A DNA stretch of 64,000 bases from Chloroflexi bacterium ADurb.Bin180 (lineage in GTDB: Bacteria; Chloroflexota; Anaerolineae; UBA2200), in contig MWCV01000009.1 in assembly GCA_002070215.1 (NCBI GenBank), positions 21,778 through 85,777 of the forward strand, written 5' to 3'. The stretch's first letter is position 1, and every line of letters begins with the position of its first letter. Below, in pieces: positions 56,086-64,000 of this stretch. The notes beneath the pieces are model-generated. The model did no database searches. It saw only the letters and a program-made list of their open reading frames with translations, and was not told the origin of the DNA. The position numbers and the translations under genes were made by a program.

Positions 56086-57636
56086 ATGGGCGCCGACTAT
56101 CTGTTGGGAATCGACGTAGGCACTTTCGGCTCCAAGGGCGTCCTGGTGGACGTCCACGGCCGGATTCTGGCGTCTGCCTTTGTGGAGCATGGCGAAGAAA
56201 GCCCTAGGACAGGCTGGTACGAGCAGGATGCGGACGCGGTCTGGTGGGGCGATCTGATCAAGATCACGGGCCGCCTGGTAGGTACTGTGCCAGGCGGCGC
56301 CGGCTCGGTCGCCGCGGTTGGGGTCAGCGCCGTGACACCAGATGTGTTGCCGGTCGACGCCCGGGGCAACGCTCTCCGCAGGGCGATCCTGTACTCGGAC
56401 ACCCGGGCGGCGAGCCAGGCCAAGCGCATGGTGGAGGTCCTTGGCCAGGACGCGATCCTTGCCACCTGCGGCAATGCTCTGTCAGTGCAGTCCGCTGGCC
56501 CCCGGCTTCTCTGGCTGCGGGAAAACGAGCCTGACCTGTTCTGGAGAGCGCACAAGATTATGGACGCGCCGGCGTTTCTCGTGCATCGCCTGACCGGCAC
56601 CTTCTGCGCCGACCGTTCTTCCATTGGCGCGTATCACCCGTTCATGAATATCCGCACACTGGAGTGGGACGAAGCCATCTGCGCCGAGTTTGGGGTGCCG
56701 GTGGACAAGCTGCCCGAGCTGCGTTGGTCAACCGACATCGTGGGCTCGGTGACCCGGGCAGCGGCAGCGGCGACTGGCCTGGTTGAGGGCATCCCGGTGA
56801 TCGCAGGCGCCGGCGACGGAATAGCCGAAATGGTGAGTGTTGGCCCCGAGCACGAAGGCGAGGCTGCCCTGCTGTATGGCACCACCATGGTTCTCGTCAC
56901 GCTGACCAGGCGCCTCCGGCCGCACCCGAAGGTGATCACGCTGGCAGGTCCGCTTCCCGGAACCTATGTGTCCGGCGCCTACATGAACACCTCGGCAGCT
57001 CTGTCGCGATGGTTCCGCGACAACTTGGGTCAGGTGGAGCGCCGGCTCGAAGCTCAACTGGGCATCAACGCCTATCAGCTGCTCAGCAGCGATGCGGCCG
57101 AGGTGCCACCTGGGTCCGCAGGCCTGGTGGTCCTGCCGTACTTTGCCGGTGAGGGTTACCCGATCCTGGATGAGCAGGCACGCGGTCTGATTCTGGGCCT
57201 CACCCTGACCCATACGCGAAAGCATGTCTACCGCGCCCTGCTCGAGGGCGTGGCCTACGGACTGCGGCATAACTGGGAGACCATTCTCAGCGCTGGCGTC
57301 AACATCACTCGGATTCGGGCCGTTGGCGGAGGCACCAAGAGCGCAGTATGGACTCAGATCATCAGTGACGTGATCGGACAGGACCAGGAGCTGGTGGCCT
57401 CACATCTCGGCGCTCCCTACGGTGATGCCTATCTGGCAGGGCTGGGCATAGGCATGTTCCGCGACCTATCGACCTTGCACGAGGAGTGGGTGCGGACCAT
57501 TGGCGTGGTCAAGCACAGGCCCGAGATCAAGCCAGTGTACGATTCGTACTATGCCGTGTATAAGGAGCTCTATCCGCCTCTGGCGGATTCAATGCATACT
57601 CTCGCTCGGATTTCGGTCGAGCCAGTGAACGTCTAG
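56086..57636 (+). CDS. FGGY-family carbohydrate kinase, copy 2
   Basis: 'MGADYLLGIDVGTFGSKGVLV...' is co-linear with copy 1 at roughly 55-60% identity. The ORF track extends spuriously upstream to 55666. Confidence 0.85.
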   Translation: MGADYLLGIDVGTFGSKGVLVDVHGRILASAFVEHGEESPRTGWYEQDADAVWWGDLIKITGRLVGTVPGGAGSVAAVGVSAVTPDVLPVDARGNALRRAILYSDTRAASQAKRMVEVLGQDAILATCGNALSVQSAGPRLLWLRENEPDLFWRAHKIMDAPAFLVHRLTGTFCADRSSIGAYHPFMNIRTLEWDEAICAEFGVPVDKLPELRWSTDIVGSVTRAAAAATGLVEGIPVIAGAGDGIAEMVSVGPEHEGEAALLYGTTMVLVTLTRRLRPHPKVITLAGPLPGTYVSGAYMNTSAALSRWFRDNLGQVERRLEAQLGINAYQLLSSDAAEVPPGSAGLVVLPYFAGEGYPILDEQARGLILGLTLTHTRKHVYRALLEGVAYGLRHNWETILSAGVNITRIRAVGGGTKSAVWTQIISDVIGQDQELVASHLGAPYGDAYLAGLGIGMFRDLSTLHEEWVRTIGVVKHRPEIKPVYDSYYAVYKELYPPLADSMHTLARISVEPVNV

Positions 57637-57700
57637 CAGCTCTGGGCAGCGGCGAGCTTTCCGCGAGCTGATAGATCACTATCGAGGAAGGAGAAATCGG

Positions 57701-59602
57701 ATGTTGGGTTGTGTAGCAGGCAGGATTCTGCACGTTGATCTTACGAAAGGTCAGCTGAAGGTCGAGGAGCCGCCCGAATCCTTCTACCGCAAGTATGGCG
57801 GTGGCAGCGCGATGGGCACGTACTATATTCTCAAGCATACTCCCGCCGGAATAGATGCGTTTTCTCCCAAGAACACGCTTACGCTCTTTGTCGGTCTGGC
57901 GACGGGACTGCCGGTTTCGGGTCAGGCCCGAGTTTGCGCCAACGCCAAGTCGCCCCTGACAGGTGCCATCGGCGACTCGCAGGCCGGCGGTTTCTTCCCG
58001 GCCGAGCTGAAGTTCGCAGGCTTTGACGGCGTCGTCATTCGCGGCAGGTCCAAGACGCCGGTCTATCTCTGGCTGCACGACGGCCAGGCCGAGCTGTGCG
58101 ATGCATCTGGGCTGTGGGGGAAGGACACGGGGGAGGTTGAAGACCTGCTGCAGAAAGAGCTCAACGACCCCAAGATCCAGGTCCTGCAGATCGGTCCGGC
58201 AGGTGAGCGGCTGGTGCGTTTCGCCAGCCTGATCAACATGTGCAATCGCGCCAATGGGCGGACCGGCATGGGTGCGGTGATGGGTTCCAAGAACCTGAAG
58301 GCGGTAGTAGTGCGCGGCACGGGCAAGCCGACAGCGGCGCACCCGGAAGAGCTGGCGGCGATCAGCAAGCAGGGCCTGCAGAGTCTCGCTGACATACCCG
58401 ACATGACCGGCCTGTCAAACAATGGCACGAGCGACGGCCTGGGCTGGCAGAACGACTTTGGCACCCTGCCTACCCGCAACTGGAACGAAGGTCAGTTCGA
58501 GCATTTCGAGAACCTTACCGGCCAGAAGATGACCGATACGATTCTGAAGGAGAGGGATACCTGCTTCGGTTGCATCGTCCGCTGTAAGCGCGTGGTCGAG
58601 ACCGAGTACGACGGACGCAAGGTCCTTCCGCGCTATGGTGGCCCGGAATACGAGACCATGAGCACGCTGGGCTCGTACTGCGCCGTGTCCGAGCTGGGCG
58701 CCGTTGCCCTGGGCAACCAGCTGTGCAACCAGCTCGGCCTGGATTCGATCAGTGCCGGCGCTACGGTCGCCTTTGCCATGGAGTGCTTTGAGAATGGACT
58801 GCTCACAGAGAAGGACACGGGCGGAATAGATTGCAGGTTCGGCAACGCTCGCGCTATGCTGCGCCTGCTGGAGATGATCGCTGAGCGCGAAGGGCTGGGC
58901 GACCTGTTGGCCGAAGGGACGGAGCGCGCCGCGGCCAAGATTGGCAAGAACGCCGCCGAGTTTCTCATCACTGCCAAGTCGCAGGAGGCGCCTGCCCACA
59001 TGCCTCACGCCAAAAGGTCGCTGGGACTCATCTACGCGGTGAACCCCTTTGGCGCCGACCACCAGTCGTCGGAACACGATCCCACCTACGAGGATGGTGC
59101 GTTCCCGCTGTACCCGCAGCGTCTGGCTATGTTGGGGTTGACCTCGCCTCAGCCGGTAGGCAGCATGAATGACGAGAAGGTACGCTTTGCCTATCTGACG
59201 CAGCTGTTCTTTAGCGCGATGGACTCTTACTCGCTGTGCCAGTTTGTCTGGGGCCCCACCTACGAGCTGTACGGCCCACAGGAGACGGTGGCCATGCTGC
59301 GTGCCGTGACCGGTTGGGACGACCTGACCCTCGACGAGCTGATGAGCGTGGGAGAGAGGCGCCTGAACATGATGCGCGCCTTTAACGCCCGTGAGGGTCT
59401 GGACCGCAAGCAGGACAAGCTCGCGAGCAGGTTCGCCCAGCCGCTGGGAGGCACGGGACGTACGGCGGGCGTGTCCATCGATCCGGCCGAACTGGAACGC
59501 CACAAGGACTCGTACTACAAGCTGGCTGGCTGGAGCAAAACTACCGGCAACCCGAGCGCGAAAAAGCTGGCCTCGTTGGGTCTGGACTGGATCAAGCCCT
59601 AG
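57701..59602 (+). CDS. aldehyde:ferredoxin oxidoreductase (AOR) family, tungsten/molybdopterin enzyme
   Basis: The N-terminus 'GRILHVDLTKGQLKVEEPPESFYRKYGGGSAMGTYYIL' is typical of AOR. It is 633 aa. A GAGGAAGGAG SD is present. Confidence 0.8.
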   Translation: MLGCVAGRILHVDLTKGQLKVEEPPESFYRKYGGGSAMGTYYILKHTPAGIDAFSPKNTLTLFVGLATGLPVSGQARVCANAKSPLTGAIGDSQAGGFFPAELKFAGFDGVVIRGRSKTPVYLWLHDGQAELCDASGLWGKDTGEVEDLLQKELNDPKIQVLQIGPAGERLVRFASLINMCNRANGRTGMGAVMGSKNLKAVVVRGTGKPTAAHPEELAAISKQGLQSLADIPDMTGLSNNGTSDGLGWQNDFGTLPTRNWNEGQFEHFENLTGQKMTDTILKERDTCFGCIVRCKRVVETEYDGRKVLPRYGGPEYETMSTLGSYCAVSELGAVALGNQLCNQLGLDSISAGATVAFAMECFENGLLTEKDTGGIDCRFGNARAMLRLLEMIAEREGLGDLLAEGTERAAAKIGKNAAEFLITAKSQEAPAHMPHAKRSLGLIYAVNPFGADHQSSEHDPTYEDGAFPLYPQRLAMLGLTSPQPVGSMNDEKVRFAYLTQLFFSAMDSYSLCQFVWGPTYELYGPQETVAMLRAVTGWDDLTLDELMSVGERRLNMMRAFNAREGLDRKQDKLASRFAQPLGGTGRTAGVSIDPAELERHKDSYYKLAGWSKTTGNPSAKKLASLGLDWIKP

Positions 59603-59623
59603 CACCAAAAGCGGAGGCGTAGA

Positions 59624-59857
59624 TTGCAGATCAAAGTTACCCTGCATTCTATCCTGTGCGAGTTGCTGCCGGCCGAAAACCGAGGCGTGGCCACTCTGGA
59701 CATAGTGCCAGGAACGACTCTAGCTGACGTCTCGGACCGGCTGGGAATCAAGGGTCGAGTGATCTTCACCGTCAACGGGAAAGTGGTCACCGAGTCGGCG
59801 AGCCGCCTGCACGCTGGCGACGATGTTCAGGTCTATGTGTCAGTGCACGGGGGGTAG
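59624..59857 (+). CDS. MoaD/ThiS-like small sulfur-carrier/ubiquitin-fold protein
   Basis: 77 aa ending in '...VYVSVHGG*', a C-terminal Gly-Gly. It has a TTG start with a GGAGG SD 6 nt upstream. It immediately follows the AOR gene. Confidence 0.6.
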   Translation: MQIKVTLHSILCELLPAENRGVATLDIVPGTTLADVSDRLGIKGRVIFTVNGKVVTESASRLHAGDDVQVYVSVHGG

Positions 59858-59858
59858 A

Positions 59859-61181
59859 GTGACTAGCAATCAGGAGAATCTTTATGCTCGCGCCAGGCAA
59901 CACCTTGTCGCGGGGGTTGGGGCCGCTGGACGCTTTAACGGTAGCCTGGGACACCCGGTTTACTTCGCACGAGGTGATGGCGCCTACCTGTGGGATGTGG
60001 ATGGCCGCCGCTACCTCGACCTGAACTGCTCGCATGGTGCGACCATCCTGGGCCACAATCATGCCAGCACCAGGGCGGCCATCATCCGTGCCCTCGACGC
60101 GGGAGTCCTGGCAGCGTGCGAGACGGAGAGCACGGTCGCCCTGGCCGAGCGCATTGGCAGCTTTTTGCCGTGTGCCGAGCGCGTGCGTTACCTGCCCTCT
60201 GGCACGGAGGTCACGCTGGTGGCGCTGCGGCTGGCGCGCGCGGCCACAGGGCGTTCCAGGATCCTGCGTTTTGAGGGTCACTTTCACGGCATGCATGAAC
60301 TGGTGCACTACGCTCCGCGTGAGCCGCTCGACGCTTCACGGCCCTTTGCGCTGGGAAACCCGGCGACCGCCGGGGTTCCGCGCGAGATGGGCGACTATGT
60401 GTGCATCGCCCCATGGAATGACGTCGCGGCGTTTGACGCGGTGATGGCCGCCTACGGCTCTGAGCTGGCCGCGGTCATTCTGGAGCCGGTGTCCTACAAC
60501 ATGGGCTGCGTCCCCGCCGAGCGGGCTTTCCTGGAGCACGTCCGGCTCAAGACCGCATCTAACGGCACGGTGCTGATCTTTGACGAGATCCTCTCCGGGT
60601 TTCGCACCGGGGTGGACTGCATGCAGGGGCACTATGGCGTCACGCCGGACCTGTGCACGCTGGGCAAAGCCATCGCCAACGGAGTGCCGATCGCGGTGCT
60701 GGCCGGCAAGCAGGCGTTCATGGACGAGCTGGCACCGACCGGAGCGGTGGCGCAAAGCGGTACGTACAGCGGCCATCAGTTCGGTGTTCAGGCGGCGCTG
60801 GCCACGCTGGACGAGCTGCAGGAGCCCGGCTTTTATCGTCGCCAGGAGGCGCTCGCAGCACAGCTCTATGGCGGCCTGGCCGCGCTGCTGAAGGATCACC
60901 GGGTGGTCGGTCGGGTTCAGGGACTTGGTGCCCGTTTCGGACTATACTTTGGGGTGGGTTCCGAGGTGCGGAACTATCACGATGCTTCGCGGCGTGATGT
61001 GCAGGCGATGCATCGCTTTGTCCGCGGCTGCTATGCCCGTGGGGTTTACTTTCAGACCATCGGCCACGCCATCGGCCATTCGGGCTTCAACGGGGCCTGC
61101 ACCGAAGGGGACATCACCTGGGCGCTGGAGCAGTTCGATGCGGTACTCGGAGATATGCGCCGCGAGGGCGTCGGCGGCTAG
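59859..61181 (+). CDS. class III aminotransferase of the glutamate-1-semialdehyde 2,1-aminomutase (HemL-like) family
   Basis: 'TSNQENLYARARQHLVAGVGAAGRF...GAYLWDVDGRRYLDL' aligns with the HemL N-terminus '[25 protein letters not shown]'. The GTG at 59859 is the preferred start. The ORF track begins at 59823, overlapping the MoaD gene. Confidence 0.75.
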   Translation: MTSNQENLYARARQHLVAGVGAAGRFNGSLGHPVYFARGDGAYLWDVDGRRYLDLNCSHGATILGHNHASTRAAIIRALDAGVLAACETESTVALAERIGSFLPCAERVRYLPSGTEVTLVALRLARAATGRSRILRFEGHFHGMHELVHYAPREPLDASRPFALGNPATAGVPREMGDYVCIAPWNDVAAFDAVMAAYGSELAAVILEPVSYNMGCVPAERAFLEHVRLKTASNGTVLIFDEILSGFRTGVDCMQGHYGVTPDLCTLGKAIANGVPIAVLAGKQAFMDELAPTGAVAQSGTYSGHQFGVQAALATLDELQEPGFYRRQEALAAQLYGGLAALLKDHRVVGRVQGLGARFGLYFGVGSEVRNYHDASRRDVQAMHRFVRGCYARGVYFQTIGHAIGHSGFNGACTEGDITWALEQFDAVLGDMRREGVGG

Positions 61182-61254
61182 TTGGAACGGTCGTTAAAGC
61201 AATGACCGGCCCAGATCGGCGCCGGTCGCAAACCGAATCTAATGGAGGCAAGTC

Positions 61255-61554
61255 ATGGTAGCCAAGGTCAAGATCACGGTAGCCAAGCGCACGTCGAACG
61301 CGGATCTCATCGCGGCGTACGGCAACAAGGTGCTGCCGCAATGCGACGTGCTGAAGGATGGACAAGAATTCATCTCGGAAGAATTCAAGGTCCCGCCGGG
61401 GTTCTGCCCCTGGGCGTGGGTAGACATCCAGCGCGACGTCGTCGTGCTCGCCTGCGGTGGCAACTTTGATTGGGTGAAGCAGAAGGGGCTCGGCTTTTCG
61501 AGCTGCACGGACGGTTTTCGGCCGGTGGTGTTCCGACTCGAGCGCATTGAGTAG
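61255..61554 (+). CDS. small Cys-containing protein resembling the TIGR04076 family
   Basis: 99 aa, 'MVAKVKITVAKRTSNADLIAAYGNKVLPQCDVLKDGQEFISEEFKVPPGFCPWAWVDIQ...GGNFDWVKQKGLGFSSCTDGFRPVVFRLERIE'. It matches the KVKITV...YGN...C...GQ.F...P.GFC..AW...C.DG.RPV.F.LE pattern of that family. A GGAGG SD lies 6 nt upstream. Confidence 0.6.
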   Translation: MVAKVKITVAKRTSNADLIAAYGNKVLPQCDVLKDGQEFISEEFKVPPGFCPWAWVDIQRDVVVLACGGNFDWVKQKGLGFSSCTDGFRPVVFRLERIE

Positions 61555-61602
61555 AGCCGCGGTGGCAGCCCGCACTCACGGGGCTGGCAGGAGCAAAGCG
61601 GT

Positions 61603-62418
61603 ATGAGGCTTGAAGGCAAGGTGACGCTGGTCTCGGGAGGCAGCTCGGGCATCGGCCGGGCGACGGCCATGCTGATGGCCAACGAGGGCGCCCGGGTCGT
61701 TCTCGCGTGCCGCGACCAGGCGCGCGGCGACGAGGTCGTGCGGGAGATCCGCGCGCAGGGCGGTCAAGCGAGCCTGGTGCGCTGTGATGTGTGCGAGCTC
61801 GCTGACTGCGAGGCGGCCGTGGCGCACACCGCGGACACCTGGGGCCGACTGGATGTGCTGTTCAACAACGCCGGGGTGATCTTTCCCGGTCGCAGCGTGG
61901 TGCAAACGTCACTGCAGGAGTGGCAGAAGACGTTCGATACCAACGTCAGCGGCGCCTACCTGATGTCCAAATTCGCCATTCCCCTCATGACGGCCAGCGG
62001 TGGAGGCGTGATCATCAACACGGCCTCCGACAAGGGGCTGGTAGGGAGGCGCGGGTGTGCTGCCTATTGCGCCTCCAAAGGAGCGGTGGTCCAGCTAACC
62101 AGGGCGATGGCGCTGGACCACGCCCGCGAGGGCATTCGCGTCAACTGCATCTGCCCGGGCAGCGTGGATACGCCTATGCTGCGGCATGAGATGGAGCTGC
62201 TCGGCGACCGGGACGCCATGCGCGAGGCGTTTGCCGCCAAGCACCCTCTGAACCGCATTTGTACGCCGGAAGAAGTGGCCGCGGTGGTGGTGTTTCTGGC
62301 ATCGAGCGAGGCTGCCTTTATCACCGGCGCCGCGCTGAGCGTCGATGGCGGGCGCCTGGCGGGCGAGCTCGACGCATCGCTGTGGCCGCGGCCCTCAGGC
62401 GGTACCCTCCCCGGTTGA
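61603..62418 (+). CDS. SDR-family short-chain dehydrogenase/reductase
   Basis: 'GKVTLVSGGSSGIGRA' is the TGxxxGxG motif. 'YCASKGAV' is the YxxxK catalytic motif. 'NAG' is also present. Confidence 0.85.
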   Translation: MRLEGKVTLVSGGSSGIGRATAMLMANEGARVVLACRDQARGDEVVREIRAQGGQASLVRCDVCELADCEAAVAHTADTWGRLDVLFNNAGVIFPGRSVVQTSLQEWQKTFDTNVSGAYLMSKFAIPLMTASGGGVIINTASDKGLVGRRGCAAYCASKGAVVQLTRAMALDHAREGIRVNCICPGSVDTPMLRHEMELLGDRDAMREAFAAKHPLNRICTPEEVAAVVVFLASSEAAFITGAALSVDGGRLAGELDASLWPRPSGGTLPG

Positions 62419-62675
62419 CCACGGCCGCGCGCCTCAAGCGCTGCTGACTGCATCTCTCACTCACGCCAGCATTCGGCAAAGGGTGAGCTGTCCCGACTCG
62501 TCGGACGCCTCACTGACTCACGGTGGTCTGCCCCATGCCCGGCCGGCTTTGCCGGCGTGCTGAGGGCAGCCGGGACCAGCCCGCCTTCGTCATCCTCTTG
62601 CGCAGCCCGCGGCTCACCCCGCCCTCGATTCCGCGTTCAGCGTCGGTACCCTCGAGTCTCTTAAGTTTCCCAACT

Positions 62676-63780
62676 CTACTTTGCATAACACGGACCGCCG
62701 TAGGGCGGCGGTGGCATCTCGAGCATCGCCGGGACGTTGCTGGCAAAGCGGTTGCGGAAGGTATAGTTTACCGTGCTCACGTGGCTGCTGACGGCGGCGA
62801 ATCCGCCATGGGGCGCGCAGGACAGGCCGATGTCGAGCAAGCCGGCGGCCCAGGCGCGATGCAGCCAGTACTGCACGCCGTACGAGCCGAGGTTGCCCAG
62901 ATCGTGGCTGGCATCGCAGCCGGCGGGATCGGAAGGGTTGGGGAAGGCGACACAGCCGGTGACGTGTCCGAGGGCCGCCGGAGGCGTGACGAATTTCGTG
63001 GACGTAATAGTCCAGCGTGCTGGAGAGGCCGCGCCAGTCGCGCTTGAAATTGCGCTGCACGTCGTCCTGGATAGACTGGGCGAGGTACTTGTTCCCGTCG
63101 ATCACGTCGCAGCAGTAGAGCTGACCGGGGGCGGCCTTCAAATTGACGCCGGCCACGTTGGAGGTCATCTAGTCGTGGAGGTTCTTCGACGTCCAGGGCA
63201 GGTAACCGATCGGGCCGGGGTTCACATAGTAGGCAATGCGGATCGTCTGCAGGGCGATGAGCTCGGCGGTAAGCGCCTTGATCGGCATGGTAGCAAAGGT
63301 GCCGCTGCAGGGGATCTCGCCCACGGGCAGACCATCGCGCAGGGTGGCGAACCCGCGGCGGATACGGGTATGGGCCTTGTCTTTGTCGGGGCAGACGTTG
63401 ACAAAAGCGGCGATGTCGTCGATGCCCGTGCGCAGATAGACCGGCGGACCGTAGCCCCGCGAGGTCAATGGCAGGTAGACGCGCCGGGGAATGGCAGCCA
63501 CTCCCGCCGCCGGAGCGACTTCCTGGGAGCGTTGACCTGCCGAAGCGGGACGGCAGCCAAAGGGAGGCTACTGGGTTGTCGGGCCGGTTTTCAGAGCGGC
63601 CAGTCCCGCCGCCGGAGCGACTTCCTGGGAGCGTTGACCTGCCGAAGCGGGACGGCAGCCAAAGGGAAACTGCTGCGTTGTCGGAGTGGATTCCAGAGCG
63701 GCCAGCGTGGACGACTCGGCAGGGAGGGCGGCGGCGAGAGGGGGGTCAAGCACCACGGGCAGCCACAGCGCCAGCGCCAC
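62676..63780 (-). pseudogene. decayed gene for a secreted protein (in-frame amber at 63169-63171, at least one frameshift, internal tandem duplication)
   Basis: A signal-peptide-like N-terminus 'MALALWLPVVL...' opens the gene. The protein-like reading 'PIKALTAELIALQTIRIAYYVNPGPIGYLPWTSKNLHD*MTSNVAGVNLKAAPGQLYCCDVIDGNKYLAQSIQDDVQRNFKRDWRG' is interrupted by TAG. The downstream sense reading continues only in another frame ('...YWLHRAWAAGLLDIGLSCAPHGGFAAVSSHVSTVNYTFRNRFASNVPAML'). Confidence 0.5.
63503..63698. repeat. 98-bp tandem duplication (two copies) inside the pseudogene's 5' region
   Basis: 'gccgccggagcgacttcctgggagcgttgacctgccgaagcgggacggcagccaaaggga' occurs at ~63501-63560 and again at ~63599-63658. 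The period is ~98 bp, which is not a multiple of 3. Confidence 0.75.
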
Positions 63781-64000
63781 CAGTGCCAGCAGGCAGCGCG
63801 GATCAGACTACGGAGGGTCCAGGCAACGTGTTGGGGCATTTCCTTCAACCCCCTTTTTCGAGCAAGAGCCAGGCGGTTGCCAACGACCTGCCATCGATTC
63901 TACGGCCAGCGACCGGGTGGTGCAAAGCCGTGGCCGAGAGTGTGGAAAAAGAGGGGATTGGAGGAAGTGCTCTCCCTCTGAGGGGAGAATTCGGCCGCTT

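Overview
This is a 64-kb high-GC bacterial chromosomal segment, about two-thirds coding, in two parts.

The left 41 kb looks like an accessory island centred on defence genes:
- A translationally coupled five-gene operon on the minus strand encodes a DUF499-type P-loop ATPase, a small ORF, a DUF1156-type N6-adenine DNA methyltransferase, a PLD(HKD)+SNF2 helicase and a DUF3427 protein. This reads as a BREX/DISARM-like methylation-based defence module.
- A frameshifted DUF3427 remnant follows.
- Next come a RecB-like PD-(D/E)xK nuclease, a small membrane protein, and a 1261-aa RecD-like helicase fused to a Vsr/DUF559-like nuclease domain.
- A 4265-aa surface/adhesin-like protein follows, with four near-identical ~860-bp internal tandem repeats.
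- A B12-binding radical SAM gene is transcribed divergently from it.

The most unusual structure is a 7.6-kb insertion. The last ~392 bp of the radical SAM gene reappear downstream at ~96% identity as a direct repeat. The two copies bracket a lower-GC two-gene cassette: a 2004-aa protein with a central AAA+/STAND-type P-loop NTPase, GTGA-coupled to a 424-aa protein with no recognisable domain. This cassette is the top candidate for an undescribed, possibly antiviral, system.

The right 20 kb is ordinary chromosome:
- A YfhO-like membrane protein.
- A low-GC spacer carrying a triple palindromic operator and a near-consensus sigma70 promoter.
- A GntR/HutC regulator and a catabolic operon: a sugar-type ABC transporter, an LsrF-like class I aldolase, a Zn alcohol dehydrogenase, two FGGY kinases, two class III aminotransferases, an aldehyde:ferredoxin oxidoreductase (AOR) with a MoaD-like protein, a TIGR04076-like protein and a short-chain dehydrogenase/reductase (SDR).
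- A decayed secreted-protein pseudogene containing a 98-bp tandem duplication.

No rRNA, tRNA or CRISPR array was seen.
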